From the NCBI RefSeq assembly GCF_009914755.1, contig NC_060941.1: DNA of 64,000 nt; one strand, given 5' to 3'. This document shows, one piece after another, positions 39,421-54,410 of the stretch. Made by a program: the position numbers and the translations under genes. Source of the stretch: the human T2T-CHM13v2.0 reference genome, Homo sapiens. The notes beneath the pieces are model-generated. The model had not been told where the DNA came from and searched no databases. It worked only from the letters and a program-made list of their open reading frames with translations. Position 1 is the stretch's first letter. The number at the start of each line of letters is the position of its first letter.

Positions 39421-41541
39421 GCATTTCTGCAACTGGGAAACAAACTGAAATAAAGGCTGGGGGAGCTGGGTGCAGGAGAGTGGCATGAAGTCACTGCTCT
39501 CCGAGAGGGGACGTGAGGACATGAACCTTCTTCCTTAGGCTGGGAGAATGCCTCTTGGTCCACACAAGGATGCCATATAGAAAATGAAAGATGCTTTAGT
39601 TTTTCACCAAATTATATTTAACCATATTTCCACTCCTTTGGACATTTCGATGTGAGTTGGGATGATCTATAAGGTGGGCACAAGACACAAGACAGTGACT
39701 CAAGGCTGGGATCATGAGAAGCCCCTAGGGAAAATACTGGCCATGGCATAATCCAGTGGCACAATCCTGTCTCAGTCCCCAGATCTTGCCCCAATCAAGA
39801 ACAAAGACTCTCGTGCCTCTAGTGCCTTAGGATATGAGGCCTGTAGAAGGTGGTCGACCCCCAAAGGGCCTCACAGCAGGAGGTGGTGAGATCACTCTGA
39901 TTCTAGAACTTTCTTGCTGATTAATGGCTCAAGTCCTAACAGTTAACACCTAGCCTCCACCTCTAATCCCCTTCTTCCCTATTGATTCTTTTTCCTGATA
40001 GAGGCCTTCACACTAAACCCGGTTTACTGCAAATGAGTGTTATTAAACTCCTAGAGGGTGCTTTTCAGCACATTCCTTCATGTTAAAATTGCCATAGACT
40101 TTCAACCAAAGGAGGGGAGTACCTGTGGCCTGGTTATCGTAATGCTTGCTGAGTGGAAATGACAAGCTTTACACCAAGGTGGGCCTCCAGGGGGCTGGAG
40201 CACTGTGGTGGTGTTTATTGGTGAGAGAGGAAAGGTTAGCAGGTAGAAGTGAACACACCTGGGCCTGGCTGGTACCGGGGAGAAGGAGGGACAGAGGGAG
40301 AAATGTCCTGACCTACCTTGGACTTGGGGAGATTGTTTCCTGTTGTAGCCTCTTTTAAAAATTTTTTTGACTGTGTCTGGGAGATCATGGGTCAGGTGCA
40401 ACATCTCTTTTGCAGTAAAGCTTGGCAAGGCTAGGGTGGGGAGGTGAATGGGGTGGGACGGTGGATTAGAGAGAGGAGGGGAGATAGGGCCCCTGGGACT
40501 AAGCTTAGATTTAGCTGGGAAGCATGTTAGTAGCTGCCAGCATGTGCTTCTAATCATCTATTCGCCAGATGTTCCCGGAATGGGAAATAGAGGGGCCTTG
40601 CCTGATAGTTCCCTGATGGAAACTGGTAGCTTCAAATTGGAAATGGGCTCCAGTTTGCTGCCAGGTGTTTGCTCCTTCCTAGAACATCTGGAAGGAGGAC
40701 AGTAGAAAAGGCATCTCTGCCCCAGCCTGGAGTTTTGCGGGCAGCTGTCTTGCTGATGGATCTCTGAAAGCTGGACATTGTGGTCATGAGGAGAGTCATG
40801 AGAATCTTCTGAAATGAGCCCTCCATTTGCAGGAGTTCACCTCAGAGTTTAAACTTCCAGGATTGAGCCTGAGGCTCCAAAACAGGGCACCTTGCAAGCC
40901 TGGGCTAATAAGGCACCTATTTCTGGAGAGATGCAGATTTTTCAAGATGTTAGAGGAAGAAGCAAGAGGAAGATGAAGAATCAGCTCCTGACCTAATTTC
41001 TGGTCCAAAGTGAAAAGATTGAAAAATACTTTTTAAGGTGGTGACTATCCTAAACCAGTGAGCCTTGTGGAAATTCCATGAGGATCTCACAGGGAAAACT
41101 GGACCCCGAATGAATTAACATGGAACCCACCTAACCACACAAGTCTTTGCTCTGGGTATGTGGAACCAAAATTATCTTCCTGGCTGAAATGACCAGTTTC
41201 TCAAGAATTTTAGGGTGCAGTGCAGGATCCTAAGATGGTGTAGCAGGAGGCCACTCCCTGGGCCTCTGAGTGCATCTGCCATCAGTGGGAAAGGGTGTGA
41301 AATCTGCCTTGGGAGTTACAGGGAGGTCCTCAGCGTAGACACGAGCCACGGCTGACACACACTCAGGAGAACACTTACAAAGCAAACTGAAAGGAAATTA
41401 TGGGACGCTCATATGATGGATGATTACACATCCATTAAAATGGTGTTTACAGAGAGTTTTTAAATGACGTGGAAATGCCGATGACATAGTATTGCACAAA
41501 AAAGCTATAAAATTTATATACGCTGTGAATCATATTAGAAT

Positions 41542-41693
41542 TAGAATCACCTGGGGAGCTCTTAGAGAAGACCAACTCCCAGGCCCCACCTCAGACCAAG
41601 TAAATCAGAGGCTCTGAGGGTGGCGCCTGGACATCCCTGTCTTTTAAAACCCCCCAGGTGATTATGATATGCAGGTTGGGTTGAGAGTGATTG
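41542..41693. mobile_element. MER5A MITE, probably inserted in an L1ME fragment (~41380-41800)
   Basis: tagaatcacctggggagct...ggccccacctcagacc...ccaggtgattatgatatgcag. Confidence 0.85.
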
Positions 41694-44600
41694 CAGTAAA
41701 GCAGTATTCATGGAAGGAAAGAAATTCTCCACACTTTCACCAGTGGTTTTCTCTGGTAGAGGAGTTATGGGGTGGGTTGAAATCTGTGCCTTAATTATTT
41801 GTGAGTTATCCACGGTTGTGCAGGGAGCATAGGAGCTATGATGAGAACAGGGGTCTCTTCCAGCAGGTAAAAATGGACAGTGCTGGAGACCCAAGTCGAA
41901 TCTCTTCTCTGCAACACTCTTCCCTGCCTGCCTTCTTGTCCCCAGTCCTTGGGATTCTGTTAATTTGGGGATTTATTTCATGCTCTTGGTGATGAGGCCA
42001 TTATGCCTATTCAGATTGTTTATCAGAAAAGCCAACAACCAAAAACAACCTATTTGAGACAAAGTGGGAGGCCCAGCATGGCGCCCACTGCAATTGCTCA
42101 TATGGGTGTGACCTGAGTTCACAGGGTCGCCAGAGTCTGGCAGCTTGGGATGCATGGTATGCAGAAGGCTGCTGGATCCTCTCTTATATGGGGGTTCCTG
42201 GCAGGCCGATCTGGCAGGCAGGTGTGTGAGTCCTGGCTGGGTTGGCTTTCCTCCCAGGACATCTGGGAGAAAGACCAGCATGGGAAGAAGGCAGTCAGGG
42301 CAGCAGTGACGGCCTCTGGGGCCCCTCCCCCTGCAGATTTGAGCAAAGCCTGAGCCACAGGTGGGCTCAGGGTAAAGACCAGGGTAGGAGTGTGCACTCA
42401 GCCATAATTGGCCGCCTTGTTGATGTATTGGGTCCAGTGAAGAGCCTCTGAGCAGAGGGATGCTGTGCCAAGTTTCATTTCTGGAGCTGTGGTGGCTCTA
42501 ACTAGGAATCGAGCTTTTGCCCAGTCCTGACATCATTTGATCATTTAGCTCCGAGGAACCAGAGGCAGGAAGCATGCCACTAACCTTTTACTGCCTGTCA
42601 CTGTTGAAGAGGAGGGGCAGGCCGCCCTGGGAAGGGGAGAATCAATCCACAACTTGCTTTTGTCGTTTGTTAAGTCTTCTCTCCCCGCATTTCAGGCTGA
42701 GGGGCCTGACCTCGCCACCTCAGAACCATGAGACAGGAGGATGCAGGAAGGGGAGATGCTCTGAGGGAATGTGGCAGCCCCCACCAGGCCCCGCTCCTCC
42801 CAGGAGATGGGTTTCTGGTGGACCTGGTAGTGTTTTACCTTGCCTTTACCTCACGTACCTCTGGATTCTGAATATTCTCCTCTGGTTCTTGTGCTCTCTG
42901 AATATTCTCCTCTTGGATTCGTGGTGTGGTCAACGACAAGGGTCACCTAGTCTATACTCCAGTTTCCTCTTGGGTTAAAATGGATAATCCTTTTTGAGAT
43001 ACTTCATCGAATGATAGTAAGGATAAAGTGAAATAACCTACAGGAATGGGTTTGGAAAGACAGTGGGAAAGTAATAGTAATGATAATAATGTCACTTTGA
43101 GAGCACATCCAGACACTCCTCTGTTCTTTTCCTCTCTGTTCCCAGCTGGGCAGGTGAGCAGCTTACACCAAATGGGAAAGCCAATACTTTCTACAGCCGA
43201 CTGCGTGCCTCTGCCTTCCCCGCCCACATCAGGAGAGGGTCCCAAACCCTCCCTCTCTGCAAATGCCCACTTCCCTCATGTCCTCTCAATCCCACCTACA
43301 CCCACCCTAGTTCTCCAGACCCCTAAGGAAGGGTACTTTATCATTAGGCCAACTAATTGTTCATCTGTGCTTCAGTGGGTGTGGTGGGGGAGCTAGAAAG
43401 CTGATCAGCCGTGCCAAAGAGTAAATCAATGGATCGTAGCCAAGTCAGGACAGGTGACCCTGACAGGTGTGTGCAGCAGAATCGGATCCTCAAGCCAGAG
43501 CCTGCTGGGAAGCATGAAGGATTTGGCATCACCAAGGAGGAATGTCGCAGGTTTGAATAAGGATTCAGAGGTTTAATCAGCAAAGCTATTTAGGTCCCAG
43601 TGAGTCTAACTGTGAGAATTATTTTGAGCTTCACCCTGTTCCAGAAATTTTGGGTTCGCTAAGCAAGATGGTATTTGGCAGCAGCAACCTGGAAAAGAGT
43701 GAGGACTTGCCATAGAAGCCTCTGGGATTAGAGGAATTTGCAGAGCCTCAGAGCCCAAGGCTGGCGCCCAGTAATTTTTGTGGGACATGGTCTCAGAACT
43801 CTAGCTTCTGACGATTTGCTTTTAAAAGTCCAATCTGTCTGCCTTTCTCCTTAAGGCAATCTGTCCTGAATTCAAGATATTCTGTGTCTGCTTGTCTTTG
43901 TCCATTTTGTCACCTTGAGACATGGCTGCAGCCTCAGGTACCTCCTGGCACATAAGCAGGTGCTAAACCAATATTGATTGAATCGAAGGAGGCTAGCACG
44001 TTGGAGGGAATGTGTTGCCTTCTGTGTAAAGAGCCCTCCTTTCCCCAGAGCTGGCATCTCTGCTATGGAGGCTGCCACCCACCAGCTCAGGGCAGAGAGC
44101 TGAGCTCGGCCGACCTCCATTCGTCAGCACGGCGCCACATTTGGGTAGCACCTGCTTCCCCGCCGTCCTGATTTAGAGGAGCCTGGATTCAGGTTTCTGT
44201 TATAAACTCTATTTTTAACTAAACCGAGTGGAGATCAGGCTGAGATGGCTGTAACTTATGGGCATGAGGTGACCAATGCAAAGGTAACAGGATGCATTCT
44301 CACTGGAACTGCTGTGCAAGTGTGGACGTGCCCGACAACTCCGTCTGAGGATCCCACATGGGCACAGTGACCTGGGATGGAGCAGGAGTGCCCCCTCGTA
44401 GAGTCCAGATGCACATGTCCAATGGGAAGGCGAGGGCAGTCTCCTAGAATGCCTCTGTGGTGGGCGGTACGGTGTTCATGGGGACCACTTGTCAGTGTCT
44501 GCCCTTATTTGTCAGCATTGGTTACTAGTTATTGTAAAGATATTGCCTTACATTTATATTTCCCAAATGCATTGATCCCTATAATGACCTTGAAAAGCAA

Positions 44601-45089
44601 TAATAGCGTTATAATAATATGTAATAATAGTATTAATGACCAGCAACTTCTGCTTATTGATCCCTTAGGATGTGTCGTGCTCTGTGCAAGTGCCCTCCTA
44701 CATTATCACTCATTAATAAACCAGGTGGGGAGGCTGTTACTGGGATTTCCATTTTTCAGATTCATTCATTCATTTGACAAATTTTTATTGAGAATAAGTT
44801 CTAGGCACAGGGAATTCAGCAGTGAACCACCCAGGCTGAAATCTCTGCCCTCAATGAGGAAGCTGAGCCTGTTGAGGTCACCTGAGTTGCTCAGGGTGAT
44901 AGAGCCCATAGAGTGAGGCTGGGGATCAACCCCCATCACTCCAGACCTGCTGAGTTCCTGGGCCACCACATTTATCAGCAAGGATAACCGACCAGCCATT
45001 GGCCTCTATTATATGGCAGCTTATCCAGGGCTGTGTTAACACTAAGCCTTCCATTTATTTTGGTTGATCTTCCAGGGGCTGATGGAGGA

Positions 45090-45335
45090 GTGACAGGCTT
45101 TAGGGACAGACAGACCTGGGCTTACATCCCAGCTCAGCGACTCCCTGATGGAAGGAGGGCATGGACAGTGACTTGACTTTGCTGAGCATCTGATTCCTCA
45201 TTTGTCTAACTGGGATAACATTACTTGCCTTGAGGGCGAGGGCAGGCTAGAAGGATTAGATATCATCATATGAAGGGGTTGAGTAGGACTTATAAGCCAA
45301 GTACATGGTGGTGGTTGTGACGATAATGATGACAA
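45090..45335 (+). mobile_element. MIR SINE
   Basis: agacagacctggg...tcccagctc...ttcctcatttgt..ctgggataa. Confidence 0.7.
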
Positions 45336-46121
45336 CCTAATAAGAAGGAAAAGCCAGGCGGGGAAAGGAATATGGCTCATCCTAGAGGAGAACAAGTCAG
45401 GAGGTAGCTCTACCCCTCCCTCCCTGGGCTAGGATTTGTCAGTCCCAGGTTGGGAAAGGAACTCCAGCCCCTGCACATCTGTGTCTCCCCAGCCCCACCC
45501 CTCATATCCTCCATCCTAGCCCCAGCAATGCCGCTGCTCCTCTGGGGAAAGCTAATGGCCAAGGCATTACTTAACTCCTGGCTTTTCTCCAGCCTTTGCT
45601 GAGGCCTCCACCACTGCCAGCTTCTCTCTCGTCACTATTTGGTTATGTTCCTTTACAAGCCAATGAAATAAAATAAGAAAGTCCATTATACCTCTGGTTG
45701 GCAGAAAACCAGGAGCTAAGAACCAGAGTGCAAAGGCCCTCATGAGTCTGTAGCACAGGCCATTGGATGGGGATGTCTTCCTTCAGAAGGATGGTGCATG
45801 GGCGGGGCAGGGCGGAGAAGCCAGCCCATGGGCCAGTCCACAGAGCCCAGGTCAAGGATGCAATTCTGGGTCCTGTGTCCCCATGGTTGAGCCTCTGGTG
45901 GCCACCCCCAGTCTCTCCTAGAAGGTTTCCAGCCTGGATGTGTCAGGCTGGCATGTGTGCCAGGCTGGATGTGTCATATGGGGCACAGCCTTTAGGCGCA
46001 GCAGTAGGTGACCCTTTGTAGGGCAAGGGTCTCTCTCTGAGTGTGGGTTCTGTCCCAGCTTTTGCCATCTATCTTCTACCAACTACTGTGGAGCTTCGGT
46101 TTCATCAGTCTTAAGAGATGA

Positions 46122-46649
<528 letters not shown>

Positions 46650-47015
46650 TCATTTGCCCTAGATGCTCAAACGTCCTATCTTGTCGGTGGAAGTGGCAAA
46701 ACCACATTTGACACCGCTCTAGGTGGCGGTTCAATGGGAGTGGAGTGCTGCGCATCTCCTGTTTGACCTTTCAGTCGCTGCATGGCTCTTCCAAGCTGCC
46801 GCAGCCTGGAGAAATGTGAACTTTCACCAAAGCCTTTGCAAATGAGCTTTTCCAGACAAGGCAGATGGCTTTGTTTGGCCAGGCCTGAGGACCCCGGGAT
46901 TGACTTCCTTTCTGCTCTTTCTTCTCACTGTCCTCTTACTCCCCTGCACCTCAGACCTTCAGCTAAGCAGATTCCACTCCCCCTGGCCCAGGCTCTGGGT
47001 AGAAATTGGAAAAGG

Positions 47016-47380
<365 letters not shown>

Positions 47381-47827
47381 TTAAAACTTGGTCTGGGACT
47401 AACTGCCTCTGGTCAGAACTGATTTAGTTTTTAGGAATCATTTGTAAGACAGACACTGTGGGAAGGCCATCCTTTAAAGCCATTGATTCCTGTAATAATT
47501 ATTTGCTGAACACTGGCTCTGTGCTGGGCACTTATCAGGGGCTGAGGATATGGTGGTGAACAAAACCAACAGCAGTCCTGGAGCTCAGGCTCAACAACTC
47601 TATTCCTTGCACACATTCTAGCCGTGGAGAATGTGGGTTGTGTGCTTCTCACAGCCTTGAAGGCAAGGGCTGGATCCTACTCTCCATTGTATCCTAAAGG
47701 CCCAGCTGAGATTCTTTCATATAGAAGGTATCCAATGAATGTTTGTTGTAGGAATAGATGTTTTCTGTATTTCCTAAGACTCTAAAATGAATGTTACTTT
47801 TATAATCAGAAGACCATAATCCATGTT

Positions 47828-48125
47828 GGCTGGGTGCAGTGGCCCACACTTGTAATCCCAGCACTTTGGGAGGCCGAGGCAGGTGGATCACCTGAGGTCA
47901 GGCGTTTGAGACCACCCTGGCCAATATGGTAAAACCCTGTCTCTACTAAAAATACAAACATTAGTGGCACGGTGGTGCATGCCTGTAATCCCAGCTACTT
48001 GGGAGTCTGAGGCACAAGAATCGCTTGAAACTTGGAGGTGGAGGTTACAGTGAGCTGAGATGCGCCACTGCCCTCCAGCCTGGGTGACAGAGCGAGAATC
48101 TGTCTTTAAAAAAAAAAAAAAAAAA
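47828..48125 (+). mobile_element. AluS
   Basis: Full length; degenerate TSD gac(c/t)ataatc(c/g)atgt. Confidence 0.93.
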
Positions 48126-48304
48126 TGACTATAATCGATGTCTAATTTTAAAGAAAAAAAAAAAGGAAGGTTGGGCAGGGCGAGATTTTGACATGGTTTA
48201 TAGGAAGCCTGGGGTTTTTTTAGTTGACTGTTAAGTTTTCTTTGAGGCAACAGGTGATGGAGCTGCTAAGGACGCCACCACAAAGGGAAGTCCAGTCCGG
48301 TATT

Positions 48305-48690
48305 TGGTTGCACTGCTCAGACCCCATGTGGAATATTCCATTCCAGGCATTTATTTTAAGAGGGGCATTGACAAGATAGACCACATCAGAGGAGGTCGTC
48401 TGATGGGGACCAGGACAGTATTACGGGAAAAATTCCAGAGGAACCAAGGAGACTCGAATAAGGAGAAATGAGGTGGCTACGTTAGATCTTGAAGGACTAC
48501 CCCTGGGAGGGGGGCCAGGCTGCTTCCCCAACCATGAGTGGCCGTTTGTGAAGTTACCAAGAGAAAGGCTGATCCTTGGGCTGAAGAATTTAGCAACACC
48601 TCAAGATGCCCAACTCAAACAAGCTGTGTTTATGAAGTACCGAGGGGTGATGCCCCTTTCCCCAGAAATATTCAGAGACTAGAATTGATG
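48305..48690 (+). mobile_element. L3/CR1 fragment
   Basis: ctgctcagaccccatgtggaatatt...ttttaagaggggcattgacaag resembles the CR1 ORF2 C-terminal region. Confidence 0.5.
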
Positions 48691-51600
48691 AGGCAGCAAG
48701 ATGGGGCCAGGGACCACTTTGCAAACCACTGGTGGGTCCTGCATTATGAAAGTCCAGCCTGGTCCAAACCGTCCCATTTCCAGACCCATAGAGCCCAACT
48801 GGTAATATTTCAGGAGGATTCTGTATAAAATTATATCTTTAAGCCCTGGTCTCCAGTAGATATTGGTTTAATTACCAGTTATTTACTGCCATGCTCAGTA
48901 GATGATAGACAAGCAAGAGAAAAGGATAAAATGAAAAAAATTAAAAAGAAAATTCCAAACCCTTTGAGGTAGTAGGAAGAGCCCCCTACATGCTGAAGAT
49001 GATTAAGAAATAAAGAGAAAGCTTTTCTTGGAGTCATGATGTAAGCCCAAAGGGAAAGTAGGTTCTTATTTATGAAAAAAGGTTATAACTTAAGCTGTTC
49101 AGAAGCACAGCAATTACTTGGAGTAAGATGCCTCTTAATTCATTTGGCCTCCTTTGTAGGTGGCTGAGTAAGTGTTTCTGCGTCCTCGGACTCCAGCCCT
49201 TCTTTGGTCGCCACTTGCTTTTGTTCACGGCAGGTCACTGGGTACTCCAGAGGCATTGTTGATAATAACATCTCTTTCCTCCCCCACACCACCCGCAAGC
49301 AAAGCTTTGGAAAAACAGCCAAGTGTTCAGCAAAGTGAAGGCTTCGCTTTTCTTCCTCCCCGCTCCTCCCCTTGTTGAGAAATCCCATTATCCGGGAGAA
49401 TGATTGTGAAACTCCAATCTGTCTGCCGCTGAGCTGTGGGCCGTTCTTCTTGCCTCCTCCGCCCCTGCCCTGGTCCCCTTGTCTATCTGCAGGGGGAAGA
49501 CAAATATCTATATATTAAAGCTTTAAGAATCTATAAATCTGAGTTGATTCTCTGCTGGTGACAGCCCAAGCTCTTTCCCACCACGTTTGACATGATCTAA
49601 TGGGTTTACAGTTGTTTGAGTGCTTCTCTGAAGCAAATGAAAGTGCTTAGTTAGGGGACGTATGAAATGGCATTGTTTGTTCTGGGCACTACAGCAAAGC
49701 TAGGGGATCATCTTTAAATTATCCACCCTTTCTCTTCAGCCACCCCGCAGAACAAGGGGCTCTGCCGCTGAAGGAGCTGCAAAGACAGTTCCTACTGGCC
49801 TTGCCTTTCTGCTTGAGAGGTGCCAGGACTGGGGGGGTAGGATGCATCCCCAGCTGTATTCATTTCGCCAGGAAGCTTGGGGCTAATTGGGAACAGAAGA
49901 ATGCCCAGGGGATGAGGGGAAGGGGACGGGAGAAGGATGGTCTCACCAAGGTAGAGGAGTGACAAATACTTGCTTCTAGCAAAACAGGAGTAAAAACAAG
50001 AGAGACTCCTAATGAGAGCTTTGGGGCAGTTTGTGCTTTCCATTCTCAGGGGCCAGCAGTGTGGGTTGGTGTGATTAGTTGGCTTGCTACTTGGCGCAAA
50101 ACCAATTCCTCTTTTCAATATCAAGTTTCATAAGCGTGGAACAGTAACAAATCATTATAAACCCTCTGGGACTGGTGGGTGTGTGATGATGCGGGGTTGT
50201 TTTTCTTTTTCCCCCTCCTCTTTGATAAGCCCATCTTTTCAGCCCAGGTACATTTTTCCCATTGTAAACAGAAAATGGCATGGGAGGGAGTGTGTCTCGG
50301 AAACTTGCTGTATTGTTAATCTGTTATTAGGCAAAAGTCTTAACACCAGGCTGGGTGCTCAGATGCCTCATTGTGAGCTGGGGATGGAATTATGCATCAT
50401 GAATAAAAACCGCTGTCAACATGCATTGGTTTCAAAACATTAGAGCATATGGTATGTGATTATCTGTATTGTCAAGTGCAATAAAGTGAATTTGGATATA
50501 ATAAAGGATGTAATATTTTAGAAATTTGGTAATAAACTAAGGAAAGGATGACAGCTGAGGTTCCTTAAGGCCCCAGACACAAATAAATTGAAGTTACTGG
50601 TCTCTGTGGCCAAGTGGCAGAATGGCCGTAACATGGCTATCTGTGCTCGGTGATTTTCAAGTTGGGGAAAGCTCTGCTGTCGCTCGGTTGCCTTCTCTGG
50701 AGGACGCAGGGATGATCTGGCCCCCATGCTGGGTGGTGGGAGAGGCGGTGGCTCCCGTTGGAGACCCAGGTCTTGCCTCCTTGCCTGGCCTCAAGGTGTG
50801 CCCTGTGGCCTGCTCTGAGTGGCAGACGCATCTGCCTCCAGTCAAGGGCCGCCTTGTGCCAGCCATCAGGACATCTGAGGACCCCTCTCCCCTAGACAGT
50901 CACCTCTCAGTTAATCTCCAGCCCTCTTTGTCCCCATTTGGTCAATGGGAAGATGTTGCTGTAAACGCAAGGACCCTGAGCAGCCGCCCCTTGGAGGCAG
51001 CCGTCTTCTGGAACCCACATCCTACAGGGCCAAATTATTAAGTCATGACAGCAAGTCAATATAAGTAATGAGAATGGTCCTCTAGAGAGGCGTGAGTGCT
51101 TCAGCATCTGATGGGGGCTAGGAACTGTGCCAGGCTTCGGTGTACTCTCTCCTTAAATCCTCTATAACCCTATAATGCTGCTGTCCCTATTTGAAGGATG
51201 AGAAAGCTGAGACACAGCCAATCAGTTGTGGAACAGAGATTACAACCCATGTCTGAACCCAAAGCCCAGGCTCCTTCCACTTACAACCTTTTCTACAAAT
51301 CCAGAGGCTCTTTCCATTCATAGTCCACAAATAATAACCCACATGTTCAGAAGGCCTCACCACAGGAAACTGGAAACCTTTACATTACTGGGTACCTAGG
51401 GCCTTGAAAGAATGTTCCAGAAAAAAAAAAAAAATAGAACCAGGTGACCAGCTGTCTCCTCTCTGTTCCCACTTGGGCCTAGCAGGGGCTGATCTGCCTT
51501 CATTATTCCTGGGGTTTTCCCTTAGCACTGATTTTTCTGTCCAGCTCTAGCAGGGTGAACCCATTTATCATCATATCCTAACAGTTTGCCTTGGTTCAGA

Positions 51601-52277
51601 ACTCATCTTCCTCCTCTGGGAAGGGCTCCTGCCCCCACCAAACCAAAGTTTATCGATGAAGGCTGAGGCAGCATCTGTTTGCATCTCCTGACTGACTGCT
51701 TTTGTGTTTCTGACCCTGGCTTTACCTTGACCCCTGGCATTTGACTTCAGGGCTTGCCTTGGCCCCCAGCCTACAGGAAACCCCGGGTGAGGCCTGCCCC
51801 CCACACCCTCCACTTAGGCCTGGCCCCTTCCTTCCACCCCGGCATTCTGTGGCTCTTCCAGTCCTGGCTTCCAGTGCTGGTCTTGCTAGCTGCCCTGCCA
51901 GGTGGACGGCTTCATTAGTAAGCGTGAAAAATTGGGAGTGCCACCATCAGGCCAGGCTAAAGCAATTTGGATGGCTGGGAAAAGAGAAGACATTTAGTCC
52001 ATTTCATGCCTGGATACCCCTGTAATTCCTGGGACAGGCTGGGAAGAGGCTTCAATAAACCCCTCTGGCCTAGGAATCTTGTGACCAGTTTGCACTGGAG
52101 ACGACAACTAGGTGAGTTCAAATACACTTCCAAATCGCTCAGCTTTGGTACCTCAGAGGTGGCTCTGCTAAAGCTCTTATCACCGCAGTCAACATTTATT
52201 GATAGCTAAAGTATTTTCAAGTCTCAGCTGGTAGCCCACTCATTCCAAGCAATATTGGGTATAAAATCTTTATATAA

Positions 52278-52895
<618 letters not shown>

Positions 52896-53607
52896 TGAGT
52901 AGGCTACACTGAGTGACATCTGAGAACAATTTTCTTTAGGAAAAAGAGACCTTGAGTCGCTGTCTCGTGAGTTTCTCCCAGACACAGTCTTAGAACATGT
53001 AGAGGGGCTGAGGGTGAACCCCGAAGAACACTTGTGTTCTTGCTCCAGATCCCCAGGGCTGCCCACTGACAACTGTCCCCACCCTGCTGAAGAGCTGGTG
53101 AAATTGAACCAAATGCTCCTAATGATCTGTGAATGTATTAATCCTACTTTCTGTTAATTAACAATATGATAAAACCAGCATTTCGTAAGTCGTCGCTTAA
53201 CACATGTTTTAGCAATTATATACTTAGTGGTTTGTATTCAGAATGCTAATAGAATAAAATTTTAATGAAGATACGATGCTATGAAAAATTTATTGAGACG
53301 AGTTCAGGTATGGCTGCCGTTAACATGCAGGAGACAAGCATCTCAGTTTGAAGAGTGAACCTCCCCAATGCCTCTCAGCACTGTGTGCTGCTCAGTCAGG
53401 AGGACCCAGGAGATCCTGAAATTGGCTGATTCTTGACTCCCGTGAATTTCTCATGCAAAGATCCCTTCTTGGTGTGGGGAGGGGTCCACACCCGCTGGCA
53501 GTCACTGAAGGTCCCTGTTCCCACCCTACCTCCAGACTTCTAGCAATCTCTGTGAATAAGAGGCAACTTCAGAACCAGAGTCCATGATGTACCATCTCAC
53601 CTTCTCC

Positions 53608-54410
53608 TAGAGAGTCTCCAAAATTTTTTAATTGTGCAGAAAAAAAAATTAGCATGCCGCCCCCCAATATATCTTACCTAATTTTTAATTTATATGCATG
53701 TACCGCTATGTTAATATTCATGTATATTATAAAACCTATACAAATAGGACTATAATAGGATACATTAAGAATTTTATTTATTAATAATTAAAGTAATATT
53801 TTTATTACTTTAGAGAGCAATATGATTGAATATGCTGGTTTTAAAAAAGAATTCTTGATTTAACACTTCATGATCCAACTCTAAAGGTTGGATTCTAAGT
53901 TTAGTTTATTTTGATACTTGGTTTTAATGCCTGGCATAACTGAAAAATACACCTCACAAGATAAACAGATCCCAGCGGAGGAAGCACGATTCACTGTGCT
54001 GGCTAAATCATGATACTAATTTTTCAACCCCATCCTCCAATTATGCAAAGGATTTTGTTGAAATTCAGCTTGTAAATTTCCATCTTCCCTGATGTCAATC
54101 AGTTTTTCATGCAAACTAATCAAGTGTTGCATTTTTATATTTTTAACAAATGGGTTCAAAATCCACTGAAATGTTCATGTTTTTTTTCAAATGAATCTTT
54201 ACAGTTCTGTTTCCGGATTTTAAAAGTCTGCAGATATGAGAGCTTTTGTAGATGACCTAGTTACATCATTTTTAGCAACAAAAACACTAAACAATAGAAA
54301 TATTTTCCAAACATTTGTTTTCAAAGCACTTTCTCTACGGTACCAGTTTCTGTTGAAAATCAGGTTCTTCCTCATTCACTTGGCTGCAACTTGTCCCATC
54401 TGATCAAGAT
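53608..54410 (-). mobile_element. hAT/Charlie DNA transposon remnant with decayed transposase C-terminus
   Basis: Manual minus-strand translation FQWILNPFVKN...LHEKLIDIREDGNLQAEF...*YHDLA.../GSVYL/CEVYFSVMPGIKTKYQNKLNLE matches the Buster/Charlie hAT dimerization domain; contains stops and frameshifts. Confidence 0.85.

Noticed and set aside
44377-44916. 179-aa ORF
   Set aside because: No recognisable domain; runs through AT-rich low-complexity and MIR/L2-like sequence; consistent with chance
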